This document shows, one piece after another, positions 14,933-23,979 of a stretch of 44,831 nucleotides of DNA (position 1 is the first letter of the stretch; every line of letters begins with the position of its first letter). The stretch is taken from positions 1-44,831 of the forward strand of contig JACQLU010000005.1 in the NCBI GenBank assembly GCA_016203935.1, written 5' to 3'. The position numbers were made by a program, and so were the translations under genes. This DNA is from Parcubacteria group bacterium (GTDB lineage Bacteria; Patescibacteriota; JACQLU01). The notes under the pieces were generated by a model. That model made no database searches. It had not been told where the DNA came from and worked only from the letters and a program-made list of their open reading frames with translations.

Positions 14933-16387
14933 TCAAGTAGCTTCAGCTTCGGCTATTTTTCTTACTTCATCGGTATCGGGCGTATAGGTACGAAGCGGGA
15001 TCTCGCCTCTCCTCCACGCAGCGAGAATAGGATCGATAAACTGCCACGTGGCATTTACTTCGGCGCTACTCACAAACAGGGTTTGATCCCCCTCTATGCA
15101 ATCGAGGAGCAGCCGTTCGTATTCCGTGAGCGCCGCCTCTTGCTCGCCTTCACTTACCAGCAAAAAGTCGAGGTTGTGCTCTTTGGGTGCGAAACCGCGG
15201 CCGGGCTTTTTGAGCCAGAAGCGCAGCGTAATCTTTTCATGAGGTTCGAGCGAAAAGATGATTTGATTACGGTAATGCTCGTTAGTGCCGGGAGGGCAGA
15301 AGCACGGACTCGGATGACGAAAGGTCACCACGATCTCCTTGCGCCGCTCGGGCATGCGTTTTCCGCTCTCGATAATGATCGGCACTCCCTGCCAACGCGG
15401 AGCGGTCAAAAATAATTTAAGCTGAAAATAGGTCTCGGTTTCTGAATTGGGGCTTACTCCCTTAATCGTGCGGTAACCATCGTATTGAGCGCGGAATGTC
15501 GAATGTGCTCTCTCTTCGCGGGAAAGTGGTGTAAGGTGCGAGAGAAGTTGGGCGCGCTTGACGCGGATCGAGGACGCGACGAGATCGAGCGGTTGATCCA
15601 TCGTGATGAGCGCAAGCATCTGGAGAAGATGATTTTGCCCCACATCGCGTAGCGCACCGACGGTATCATAGAACGCTCCACGATCCTCTACGCCTAAGGT
15701 CTCTAAGATCCTAAGCTCGATGCGTTCAATAAAAAGATTATTCCAGCCGCCTTCAAAGAACGTGTTGGCAAACCGAAAACTCATGATATTCTGCACTACT
15801 TCCTTGGCCAGATAATGGTCAATCCGGTAGATCTGATTCTCCTCAAAGAGTGAGGCGAGAAGAGTATCGAGTCGCTGCGCGCTGGCAAGATCCTCGCCAA
15901 AGGGTTTCTCCACAATCACCCGCGCCCAACTCTCCCCCGGCTTACACGGTCGGGTAATTCCTGATTTTGCGAGGTTCGTGAAGATCGTCTCATAGTAACG
16001 CGGCGGCACAGCAAGATAGAAAAGTTTCTGCGAGCAACTGCCAAGACTTTCATCAAGTTCCGTAAGTCGCTTCCCAAGTACATGATAGTCTTCTTCTCTT
16101 TCAAACTGGCCGGATTGATACGAGATAAGTTTTAAGAACTCATCGGGCACGACGACACTCTTCGTTGATGGATGAGACTCCAGTTCTCTCCGCAAATATT
16201 GTTGAAATACCTCGGAGGTATAGGGCCTTCGCGCAAAACCAACCACATGAAAACGCGCCGGCAGTAACCGTCTCGTAAAGAGCCGAAGCAGGGTGGGCGC
16301 AATCTTGAGCGCCATAAGGTCACCCGAGGCTCCAAATATGATAAGCGTAATGGGAAGCGCCTGCTTCCCATCCATCGTGGTATCCAT
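14933..16387 (-). CDS. zwf: glucose-6-phosphate dehydrogenase (copy 1)
   Basis: IFGASGDL..K dinucleotide motif, RIDHYLAKE active-site motif, RDVGQNHLLQML. Confidence 0.9.
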   Translation of the reverse strand: MDTTMDGKQALPITLIIFGASGDLMALKIAPTLLRLFTRRLLPARFHVVGFARRPYTSEVFQQYLRRELESHPSTKSVVVPDEFLKLISYQSGQFEREEDYHVLGKRLTELDESLGSCSQKLFYLAVPPRYYETIFTNLAKSGITRPCKPGESWARVIVEKPFGEDLASAQRLDTLLASLFEENQIYRIDHYLAKEVVQNIMSFRFANTFFEGGWNNLFIERIELRILETLGVEDRGAFYDTVGALRDVGQNHLLQMLALITMDQPLDLVASSIRVKRAQLLSHLTPLSREERAHSTFRAQYDGYRTIKGVSPNSETETYFQLKLFLTAPRWQGVPIIIESGKRMPERRKEIVVTFRHPSPCFCPPGTNEHYRNQIIFSLEPHEKITLRFWLKKPGRGFAPKEHNLDFLLVSEGEQEAALTEYERLLLDCIEGDQTLFVSSAEVNATWQFIDPILAAWRRGEIPLRTYTPDTDEVRKIAEAEAT

Positions 16388-16410
16388 AGTAATCTTTCAG
16401 TAACTCCGCG

Positions 16411-16596
16411 TCATTCCGCGTTTTGATCCGCGTCTATCCGCTTCGATTCATATTCGCGGTTCTCTACCGCGTCCTTAATGATCTCGAGGTTGCAGCTATG
16501 ATGAGCACTACACCACTCCTCACAGCGCGCCGCGGTGGTTTGATCGATGTAATGGAAGCCGCATTCTTTGCACTGGAAAAGTTCTTCCTCAGCCAT
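16411..16596 (-). CDS. small Cys-rich (zinc-ribbon-like) protein
   Basis: 61 aa. CKEC...C..WC...HSC pattern with an acidic C-terminus. It is packed tightly between the cyclase gene (4-nt gap) and zwf (23-nt gap). Confidence 0.5.
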   Translation of the reverse strand: MAEEELFQCKECGFHYIDQTTAARCEEWCSAHHSCNLEIIKDAVENREYESKRIDADQNAE

Positions 16597-16600
16597 AAAA

Positions 16601-17224
16601 TTAGCTTAATAATACCGCACGGACGGGCGCCCCATCAAGGCCGACCAACTTGAGCGGCAGGCCGATAAAGAAATACTCTCCGGGCATGACACGCGCAAGA
16701 TCGAGTCCTTCGAAAATAATGATGCCGTTTTTAAGGAGTTCATTGTGGGCGCGCACGTCATCGCTCCCCTTCTTTTTGATCGAGAGCGAATCAATGCCGA
16801 AAAGAGCAATCTTGCGTGCGGCGACATACTCGGCAGCATCGCCATCGAGATAGATGTAGTCATCGTAAAACTCGTGAAAGCCGCGTAGAGAATTCTGGGT
16901 TTTCACGAGGATACGTTCTCCTTCTTTGAGAGCGGCAGACTCAAGATCGGCAACCGTGATCCCTCCTTTCACATGGGTCATATCGAGTACGCGACAGGGG
17001 CCGACGAAAACCGCTGGGTCAATCGCGTCTACTCCGATGCCATCTTCGAAGACGTGCCGCGGCACGTCCACATGCGTGCCCGTATGCGAACTCATGGAAA
17101 GTTTGGAAATGAACGAGGTCTTCGTCCGCATAGGCTCAATCGTAAGCCCGGGATTATTGGGATAGCTAATCATGCCCTCGTAGAGAGGAAGCGAAATGTC
17201 GAAGACCGTTGGATAGTCTCGCAT
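16601..17224 (-). CDS. cyclase-family protein / kynurenine formamidase-like
   Basis: HTGTHVDVPRH motif (HxGTHxDxPxH), about 207 aa. Confidence 0.8.
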   Translation of the reverse strand: MRDYPTVFDISLPLYEGMISYPNNPGLTIEPMRTKTSFISKLSMSSHTGTHVDVPRHVFEDGIGVDAIDPAVFVGPCRVLDMTHVKGGITVADLESAALKEGERILVKTQNSLRGFHEFYDDYIYLDGDAAEYVAARKIALFGIDSLSIKKKGSDDVRAHNELLKNGIIIFEGLDLARVMPGEYFFIGLPLKLVGLDGAPVRAVLLS

Positions 17225-17245
17225 AGGAATATGATCTTTTGATAT

Positions 17246-18646
17246 TTAGATGCAGCAGCTTAACTTGGAGATGTCTTTGGTGAATGAAAGGGCGGCGAGC
17301 TTGATCCCCTCGGAAAGGGTTGGGAACATCGGTAAGGATTCGATCACGTCGTCAATGGTGTTTTTGTTTTTGACAAGCATCATCGCTTCGGCGATCAGCT
17401 CACCGGCGTGGGGCGCAAGGATATGAACGCCCACGATCTGCCGCGTTTTGGGATGAATCGCCATTTTGATAAGTCCTTCGGTCCGGCGCATAATAATCGC
17501 CCGAGGCACATCGGCGAAGGAGACGGTGCGGCAGGCGCACACCCCAAGCTTCTTGATCTGCTCATCTTCGGTAAAACCGACGCCGGCAAGTTCAGGGTCG
17601 GTAAACACCGTGTAGGGAACCGCCGCATAGTCGATGCTCTTTTGTGAACCGGTTAAGGCGTTCTCCGCGGCCAAAGTTCCCTCGTGTCCGGCAGTAATTT
17701 CAAGCCGCAAGGGAAGATTGGCCGCATCCCCGACGGCAAAGATGGCAGGATTCCTAGTCTTAAAGTATTGATCAACCTCTACCGCCTTATGGTCGTTCAC
17801 CTTGACGTCTACCTTCTCAAGTCCCAGATCTTCGGTGTTGGGCGTCTTGCCAGCGGCGAGCAGAATTTCATCGGCGCGTGCGGTTTCCTCTTTTCCTTCC
17901 ACCCGATATGTCACGAGTTTCTTACCCTCTTCAGGTCGTACGCGCAGCACCTCCACGTTGGTGACAATTGTAATGCCTTCCTTGGTCAAGATCTCGGTCA
18001 AACGATCAATGAGCTCCTTTTCGCCTCGGAAAATAGTAGAGTCGCGCTGGAGGATGGTGACCTTGGTGCCAAATCGCGCGAACATCTGGGCAAACTCGAG
18101 TCCTACTGGTCCTGCACCAATGACAATGAGTTCACGCGGCTGCTTCTCAAGCCGCAACGCTTCGATATGGGTGATGGAGCCGGCCTCGCGAATTCCTTCG
18201 ATAGGCGGCACCATCGCGGTCGAACCGGTCGCAATAATAAACTTCGAGGCAGAAAGTGTCTTGCCATTCACTTCGATCTCGTGTTCGGATCGAAAACGCG
18301 CGCGCCCTTCGATGAAAGTTACGTTCCCGAGACTTGCGAGCACTTTTGAGTATTTCTCTTCGCGCAGGCGCTCCACCAAGGCAAGCTCGTCTTGTACCAC
18401 CTTGGCGAAATCGGAGTTCTTTATCGAGAGTTCAATACCCGGCACACCATGATTTCTGGTCTCATGCAATAGATTAGCGGCATGGATAAGAGTTTTAGAA
18501 GGAACGCAGCCGACGTTGACGCAGGTGCCGCCAAGCGGAAGCCCGTCGTTGACCATGGCCGTCTTCGCGCCCAGCTCGTTGGCGCGGATCGCGGCGGCGA
18601 AGCCGGCCGCTCCGCCACCGATAATAATAAGGTCAAACTGTTTCAT
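17246..18646 (-). CDS. merA: mercuric reductase (core MerA, no NmerA domain)
   Basis: FAD motif LIIIGGGAAG, redox-active GGTCVNVGCVPSK, and a C-terminal vicinal Cys pair (KLSCCI) characteristic of MerA. The start is placed at MKQFDL (18646), because the longer track ORF overlaps the ArsR gene. Confidence 0.8.
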   Translation of the reverse strand: MKQFDLIIIGGGAAGFAAAIRANELGAKTAMVNDGLPLGGTCVNVGCVPSKTLIHAANLLHETRNHGVPGIELSIKNSDFAKVVQDELALVERLREEKYSKVLASLGNVTFIEGRARFRSEHEIEVNGKTLSASKFIIATGSTAMVPPIEGIREAGSITHIEALRLEKQPRELIVIGAGPVGLEFAQMFARFGTKVTILQRDSTIFRGEKELIDRLTEILTKEGITIVTNVEVLRVRPEEGKKLVTYRVEGKEETARADEILLAAGKTPNTEDLGLEKVDVKVNDHKAVEVDQYFKTRNPAIFAVGDAANLPLRLEITAGHEGTLAAENALTGSQKSIDYAAVPYTVFTDPELAGVGFTEDEQIKKLGVCACRTVSFADVPRAIIMRRTEGLIKMAIHPKTRQIVGVHILAPHAGELIAEAMMLVKNKNTIDDVIESLPMFPTLSEGIKLAALSFTKDISKLSCCI

Positions 18647-18668
18647 AGGGTTATTCTTTTTTAGAGAA

Positions 18669-18977
18669 CTAGGTAAGAAATTCCTTAAGGAGGGCGTTGA
18701 ATTTCGTAGACGCGAATCGATAAAAGACCTGTTTTGCTTCACGCCGCGTCTCGACCAGCCGGTTCTCCTTTAAGCGTCGTAGTGAATGCGAGACCACCGA
18801 ATCGGACACGTGAAGCAGCCGCGCAATCGTTCCTACCGTGAGTTCGGGGTGTTTGCAAAGCAACCAGCATATTTTAATTCTGGTGGCGTCGCCGACAATA
18901 CCAAAACGCGCCGCGCACTCATTGAGCGTATGCATATCTCTAAGTTCGTACGTGATTGTCGCGTGTGGTCGCTTCAT
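18669..18977 (-). CDS. ArsR/SmtB-family metalloregulator
   Basis: Winged-HTH: ICWLLCKHPELTVGTIARLLHVSDSVVSHSLRRLKENRLVETRREAKQVFYRF. The start is taken as the ATG MKRPHAT at 18977 (the track start is a TTG at 19028). It ends 22 nt upstream of merA. Confidence 0.8.
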   Translation of the reverse strand: MKRPHATITYELRDMHTLNECAARFGIVGDATRIKICWLLCKHPELTVGTIARLLHVSDSVVSHSLRRLKENRLVETRREAKQVFYRFASTKFNALLKEFLT

Positions 18978-18978
18978 A

Positions 18979-19002
18979 TCATTTGAATACCCATTCAAAT
19001 GA
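18979..19002. promoter_or_regulatory. perfect 10-4-10 palindrome, candidate ArsR operator
   Basis: TCATTTGAAT-ACCC-ATTCAAATGA, immediately upstream of the arsR ATG. It contains a TGAA...TTCA core of the kind bound by ArsR/SmtB repressors. Confidence 0.5.
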
Positions 19003-19038
19003 TAACGGAGCGTACTCCTCCCTGTCAAGTGGCATGGG

Positions 19039-19881
19039 TTATACGCCTTCTTGCTGTTTCACGTAGGCGAGCGCTCCCCAAAGACCTCCCACATCACCGA
19101 GTGTTGCCTTCTCAATCTTTGGATGCTCGGGGAAAATCGTAAGAATGTTCTTTAAATGGTGCCTGACTCGCTCAATGGGAATACCAATCTCCTTCATCAT
19201 GCTTCCACCCAGCACCACGATATCCGGCGACCAATGAACGATGGTGTTATTAAGGCCGTACGCGAGGTAGCGCGCAAGTTCGTCCCACACTGTCGGATCG
19301 GTAATTTCATACGGTTTCTTACCAAAGCGTGCCTCGACGTTACTACCTGAAATATACGCCTCAAGATGTCCTTTTTTCTGGCAGGCAGAACAGAAAGCGC
19401 CATCCATATCGATCACCTGATGGCCGATTTCAAAACCCATCGCACTGCGATCAATCTTTCCGTCAACGATGCGAACTCCATTGACGCCAGTGCTGATCGT
19501 GACATAGGCAACGATTGAGTACCCTTTGCCTGCGCTGGTGGTCGCTTCGCCAAGTCCCACCATTGCGGTGTCATTTTCAAGATAGACGGGCGCTTTCATT
19601 ATTTCTTCTAACTTCGTCTTAAGCGGTTTTTGAATCCAGCCGGCAAGGTTGGGAGCGCCTACGAGCATGGTCTTATCACGATCGAGTGGGCCCGCGATTC
19701 CGCCTGCAGCGGCAATAACGTGTTCCTCACCAACAACTTCGCTGACAAGATTCGTAAATACCGTCATTCCTTCTTCAAAGTCCCTTGGCGTTGCAACAAT
19801 TCTAGGTTCCTCAAAGGAGATACCATCCCTCGAGAGCGCTAACCGCATCTTGGTCCCGCCGATATCAAATAATAGATACAT
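19039..19881 (-). CDS. ROK-family glucokinase
   Basis: N-terminal LFDIGGTKMRLA, ENDTAMVGLGE, a Cys/His zinc motif region (CSACQKKGHLEAYISG). Confidence 0.8.
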   Translation of the reverse strand: MYLLFDIGGTKMRLALSRDGISFEEPRIVATPRDFEEGMTVFTNLVSEVVGEEHVIAAAGGIAGPLDRDKTMLVGAPNLAGWIQKPLKTKLEEIMKAPVYLENDTAMVGLGEATTSAGKGYSIVAYVTISTGVNGVRIVDGKIDRSAMGFEIGHQVIDMDGAFCSACQKKGHLEAYISGSNVEARFGKKPYEITDPTVWDELARYLAYGLNNTIVHWSPDIVVLGGSMMKEIGIPIERVRHHLKNILTIFPEHPKIEKATLGDVGGLWGALAYVKQQEGV

Positions 19882-19896
19882 ACGATTGGTTTTAAA

Positions 19897-19990
19897 GTTC
19901 TGCGCAGTTCAGCGTACGGTTCTGCGTGGTTCCGCGCTTGAGGTTTCTATCGCAGAAGGAACGCAGAGTGGGACGCAGAACGACGCAAAA
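19897..19990. repeat. array of GTTCTGCG / CGCAGAA(C) motifs in inverted arrangement
   Basis: GTTCTGCG at 19897 and 19919. CGCAGAA at 19951, ACGCAGAG at 19961, ACGCAGAAC at 19973, and a degenerate GACGCAAAA at 19982. It fills the gap between the GH13 stop (19999) and the glucokinase start (19881). Confidence 0.6.
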
Positions 19991-19998
19991 ACTGTGCA

Positions 19999-21609
19999 CT
20001 ACTCAATACGTAAAAGGTATCCTTCAGATGGCCGTAGGGTGAGCTTACGCGGATCGACTACCTCACCACGTGGGATATCGAGCCCGGTCGTGCATATCAC
20101 GGACGCCTTAGGATACCCTAATGATACCATTTCCTCATGACTCGAGAAATTGAGTACCACCAAGAGTTTCTCTGCCGGACATTCCCTCGCGAACGCCAGC
20201 ACGTTCCGCTCGCTACGGGGAAGCAACGAGCGATACGTACCGATCGTAAGCGCGGGTGAAGAGTTACGAACATGGATGAGCGTACGATAGAGGGTAAGGA
20301 AAGAGTGAGGATCACGCGACTCTGCCGCGACATTACGTTTCTGATACTCAACTTCAAGCGGTAACCACGGTTTGACTTGGGAGAACCCCGCCCACCTACT
20401 CCCATCCCATTGCATCGGTGTTCGCGCCGGATCCCGGCCCGTACCAAAACGACCTATACGAAACTCCCACGGATCCTTCACCTCGTCGGGTGGAACCATC
20501 ACATCCTCCATTCCTAGCTCATCACCATAATAGATAAAAGGGAGGCCTCGCAAGGTCAAAAGCAGCATGGCGGAGAGGCGCGCCGCGCTCTGGCCGAGCC
20601 GTGTCGCGACGCGCGGCCGATCATGGTTACCGAGTACATAATTGGGTAGATCTTCGGGCGACAATGAGGCTTCATAATGATCAATAAACGTCCGATACCA
20701 CGAGGCACTCCACGGAAGTCGCATGAGATTAAAGTTGAACGGTAGGTGGCGGTGATTTGCACATGCGCAGTAGAGACTCCTTAGCTCCGAGAGCGGCAGA
20801 TCAACTTCGCTTACCAACAACCCATCGTCCTTGGCGGCCACGATTTCACACCACTTCTCTAAAAGTGAGGTAACCTCCTTCCCGCCAAGACTATACATGT
20901 GTCGAAGCGAAAGAAAAGGATCATCCTTACCTGCTCGGTAGCTGGGATTGGGCGGGTCGTCCCGAAAGCGGGAATCTTTCGCAACGAAGAGCACGGCGTC
21001 CACCCGAAATCCATCTACCCCTCGATCAAGCCAAAACCTCATCACCTCGCGCATGCGTGCTTCAACCTCTGGGTTCCGCCAATTAAGGTCGGGCTGCTCA
21101 GGAAAGAAACTATGGAGATAGTACTGCCGAGTCTTCGCATCGAACGTCCACGCCGGCCCTCCAAATACCGAAAGCCAATTATTGGGTGGGAGACCAGCCG
21201 ATTTTGGATCCCGCCATATATACCAGTCGCGCTTGGGACTATCCCGCGACGAGCGGGCCTCTAAAAACCACGGATGCTCATGCGAGGTATGGTTGGCCAC
21301 AAAATCCATGATCACTTTGATGCCGCGACGATGTGCTTCCGTAACCAACTGATCAAACGTGGCAAGATCGCCAAAGCGAGGATCAATCGCAGAGTGATCT
21401 AATACGTCGTAGCCTCCATCAACCATGGGAGAACGGTAGATGGGCGACAACCAAAGAGCACCGATACCCAGTGAGGTTTCGGTGCCGTCGTTTAAATAGT
21501 CGAGTTGCTTGATGATGCCTGCGAGATCGCCGATGCCGTCGCCATTGGTATCCTTAAAACTTCGCGGATAGATTTGATAGACGACGGCATTCCGATGCCA
21601 TGGTTGCAT
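19999..21609 (-). CDS. GH13 alpha-glucosidase (oligo-1,6-glucosidase / trehalose-6-P hydrolase-like)
   Basis: YQIYPRSFKDTNGDGIGDLAGI, region I DFVANHTS, region II GVDGFRVDAV. 536 aa. Confidence 0.85.
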   Translation of the reverse strand: MQPWHRNAVVYQIYPRSFKDTNGDGIGDLAGIIKQLDYLNDGTETSLGIGALWLSPIYRSPMVDGGYDVLDHSAIDPRFGDLATFDQLVTEAHRRGIKVIMDFVANHTSHEHPWFLEARSSRDSPKRDWYIWRDPKSAGLPPNNWLSVFGGPAWTFDAKTRQYYLHSFFPEQPDLNWRNPEVEARMREVMRFWLDRGVDGFRVDAVLFVAKDSRFRDDPPNPSYRAGKDDPFLSLRHMYSLGGKEVTSLLEKWCEIVAAKDDGLLVSEVDLPLSELRSLYCACANHRHLPFNFNLMRLPWSASWYRTFIDHYEASLSPEDLPNYVLGNHDRPRVATRLGQSAARLSAMLLLTLRGLPFIYYGDELGMEDVMVPPDEVKDPWEFRIGRFGTGRDPARTPMQWDGSRWAGFSQVKPWLPLEVEYQKRNVAAESRDPHSFLTLYRTLIHVRNSSPALTIGTYRSLLPRSERNVLAFARECPAEKLLVVLNFSSHEEMVSLGYPKASVICTTGLDIPRGEVVDPRKLTLRPSEGYLLRIE

Positions 21610-21636
21610 ACGATGAGCTTACGCGCAGGCAGTGTC

Positions 21637-22362
21637 TCACGAAGAGGGAACACTCGGTCCCTCGTCGAGCAGCGATCCGCGTTTCGTTCCCACCAAGCTT
21701 TGAATGAGCGTAAACGCCTCATCGGCAGTATCCACGAGATGATAAATGGAGAGTTCCTCTCTGCTCACCGCCTCGTGCTTCCCGAAGACCATTGCCTCAA
21801 TCCAAGAAAGAAGAGGCTGCCAATATTCACGGTTCACCAGTATGATGGGAATGGGATTGATCTTTTTGGTCTGCACGAGCGTGATCATTTCAAAGAGTTC
21901 GTCAAGGGTACCAAAACCACCAGGGAAAAAGATATATACCTGCGAAGCAAAAGAAAGCATCACTTTGCGGGTAAAAAAGTAGCTAAAAGTCTCCCCCTCC
22001 TGCACGTAGGGATTAGTCCGCTGTACCTTTTTAAGTTCAATATTAAGTCCTACCGATTTCCCGCCGGCTTCCGACGCACCCTTATTGGCCGCTTCCATAA
22101 TACCGGGGCCTCCGCCGGTAATAATGGTGTATCCTTCCTTGGAGAGTTTAAATGCGAGCTCCTTCGCCTCCTTATAAATATCGCTTTCCATACCGCAGCG
22201 CGAGGAGCCAAAGATACTCACCGCCCGGTCGCCCTCGTACTGACGGAGAAATTCGAAGCCATTCACAAACTCCGCCATGATTTTAAAGATGCGCCATGGC
22301 GGAATCTCGCGTTCGTGAAGCGAGAGGATCTTTTCAATGCGGGAAGAGTCGTGCGCGTTCAT
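21637..22362 (-). CDS. LOG-family protein (TIGR00730-type nucleotide phosphoribohydrolase)
   Basis: GGGPGIMEAANKGA and PGGFGTLDELFE motifs. Starting at MNAHDSS (22362) removes a 32-nt overlap with the upstream ORF. Confidence 0.85.
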   Translation of the reverse strand: MNAHDSSRIEKILSLHEREIPPWRIFKIMAEFVNGFEFLRQYEGDRAVSIFGSSRCGMESDIYKEAKELAFKLSKEGYTIITGGGPGIMEAANKGASEAGGKSVGLNIELKKVQRTNPYVQEGETFSYFFTRKVMLSFASQVYIFFPGGFGTLDELFEMITLVQTKKINPIPIILVNREYWQPLLSWIEAMVFGKHEAVSREELSIYHLVDTADEAFTLIQSLVGTKRGSLLDEGPSVPSS

Positions 22363-22363
22363 A

Positions 22364-22666
22364 TTATAGGTATTCGGCACGAAGATGATTTTCAAGCGCG
22401 GTGAGTGCGCCGCGCCGCGTGCGCACGCGTATGAGCTTCGTAGCCAACGCCTCGTCGCCGAAAACCTCCTGCACCCACTTCGCGATATCGTTCCTCTCCT
22501 TATTCACATGATAGAGGAAAAGTTCATCCGAAATGGTATCAAGTGCGTCTCGTAGTTCGCCGAGGTTTTTCACAATCGGCCCAAAGTGGAACCAAAAGCA
22601 CTGAAGGGTAGACGCATCAACCAAATTCTTTTTGGGCCTCACGGCGAGCATGGAGAATAATGACAT
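22364..22666 (-). CDS. hypothetical 100-aa protein embedded in the alpha-glucan cluster
   Basis: ORF with protein-like composition. It is tightly packed, 10 nt after GH57 and abutting the LOG gene. I cannot assign a family with confidence. Confidence 0.5.
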   Translation of the reverse strand: MSLFSMLAVRPKKNLVDASTLQCFWFHFGPIVKNLGELRDALDTISDELFLYHVNKERNDIAKWVQEVFGDEALATKLIRVRTRRGALTALENHLRAEYL

Positions 22667-22676
22667 AGAAGGAAGG

Positions 22677-23939
22677 TTACGAATGAGAATACGAAGGAAG
22701 GGTAAGGAGCGCCTCGGTACCAGTGCGATTCGCGCGCCCTACTCTCAATTGTAGATCATTTATGACATTCATAAAAGCAATGAACGCCTCGTACGGCGAA
22801 CCATAGGGATTAAAGTATTTATGCACGTCGCCATCGGCAAACCATTTGGTGCACATGTAGTAGAAATGATCGGAGGCTTGGAGTCTACGCCAGTCTTCGA
22901 TGAGTGCGAGGTCGCGGGTGGCGAGGACCGCGGGTTCCATGGCGTAGAGTTTGGCGAGCGCGTCATGCTGCAGAGGGTTTCCCCGCCACGCCGAGAGGTC
23001 ACGCTCGACATCGGCCCACGATACAAAATGGGGAATATCCAGTTCCCCGACCGCCGGGTAGCGGGCGATCGCCTCGGAGGGAGTAACAAAATCATTATCG
23101 GGGTGTTTCAAAACTTCTCTCGGGAATGCTCGTAAGAAATCGAAGATACCGGTATCCGCCCACTGGTGCTCACCAAACGTTTCGTAATCCATAAAGAGAT
23201 TGATCACATGACCGTTACCATTGTGCGCCGAGATCCACCGGGCAAATTTTTCGGCGGTCAAGGGATACTCGCTCCACGACTTCGAAGAGAAACGGAAGGC
23301 GATATCATCCGAGAGACGATAGTGCTTGAGCATCACTTTAATCCGGGTGGTATCTTTGGCGCGATGGAGAAAGGTGGGACTTCGCCATCCCAATACATGG
23401 TCGGCTCCCTCGGCGAGTATTCCTAGGAAGCCTAGGTCCTCAACCACGTGGGCAAGTTCATTATTATAGATGAGCTCGGTGTTGCGAAAGACGCGTGGTA
23501 TCTGATGGAAGAGGTGCCGAATGAGTTCATCGTGGAGGCGAACTTGGCTTCGAAACTCCTCCTGGGAATAGAGAAACGCAAGTGAATGGTGTGACGTCTC
23601 GCTCAACACCTCGACGCGGCCGGTATTTGTAAGCATCTGAAATGACCGAAGCACGTCGGGCGCCTCTTTCTGGATCTGCGCTAATACCATTCCGGAAAAA
23701 GAGAAGCTTAACTTAAACAAAGGGAAGGCACGTAAAAGTTCTAAGAGGACCGCATTCGCGGGAAGGTAACTCTTTTCGGCTACTTTTCTTAAGATTCGTT
23801 TATTATTGAGATTGTTCTCACCGGCTTCATTGAAATAATCCGAATCGTGGCCAATATCAAAGACGCGGTATTTTTTAATCCGCAACGGTTGATGCACCTG
23901 AAAATAGAGACAGACTGAGGGCATGGAAAGAAAGTTCAA
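22677..23939 (-). CDS. GH57-family glycoside hydrolase (alpha-amylase/branching-enzyme-like)
   Basis: N-terminal LYFQVHQPLR (GH57 region I-like) and FMDYETFGEH (catalytic Glu region). 420 aa. Confidence 0.8.
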   Translation of the reverse strand: MNFLSMPSVCLYFQVHQPLRIKKYRVFDIGHDSDYFNEAGENNLNNKRILRKVAEKSYLPANAVLLELLRAFPLFKLSFSFSGMVLAQIQKEAPDVLRSFQMLTNTGRVEVLSETSHHSLAFLYSQEEFRSQVRLHDELIRHLFHQIPRVFRNTELIYNNELAHVVEDLGFLGILAEGADHVLGWRSPTFLHRAKDTTRIKVMLKHYRLSDDIAFRFSSKSWSEYPLTAEKFARWISAHNGNGHVINLFMDYETFGEHQWADTGIFDFLRAFPREVLKHPDNDFVTPSEAIARYPAVGELDIPHFVSWADVERDLSAWRGNPLQHDALAKLYAMEPAVLATRDLALIEDWRRLQASDHFYYMCTKWFADGDVHKYFNPYGSPYEAFIAFMNVINDLQLRVGRANRTGTEALLTLPSYSHS

Positions 23940-23979
23940 AATTCTCAGCCTCTGGCTGATCCGCCTTGGCGGAAAAATA

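Noticed and set aside
17246-18742. Long N-terminal extensions offered by the ORF track. Cases: merA to 18742, ppsA to 33024, gnd to 26258, eno to 30554, LOG to 22395, arsR to 19028, and the methyltransferase from 13215.
   Set aside because: The extensions overlap the preceding gene or lack family-typical sequence. Internal starts restore canonical N-termini such as MKQFDLIIIGGGAAG and MNRSTALILWFNELG.
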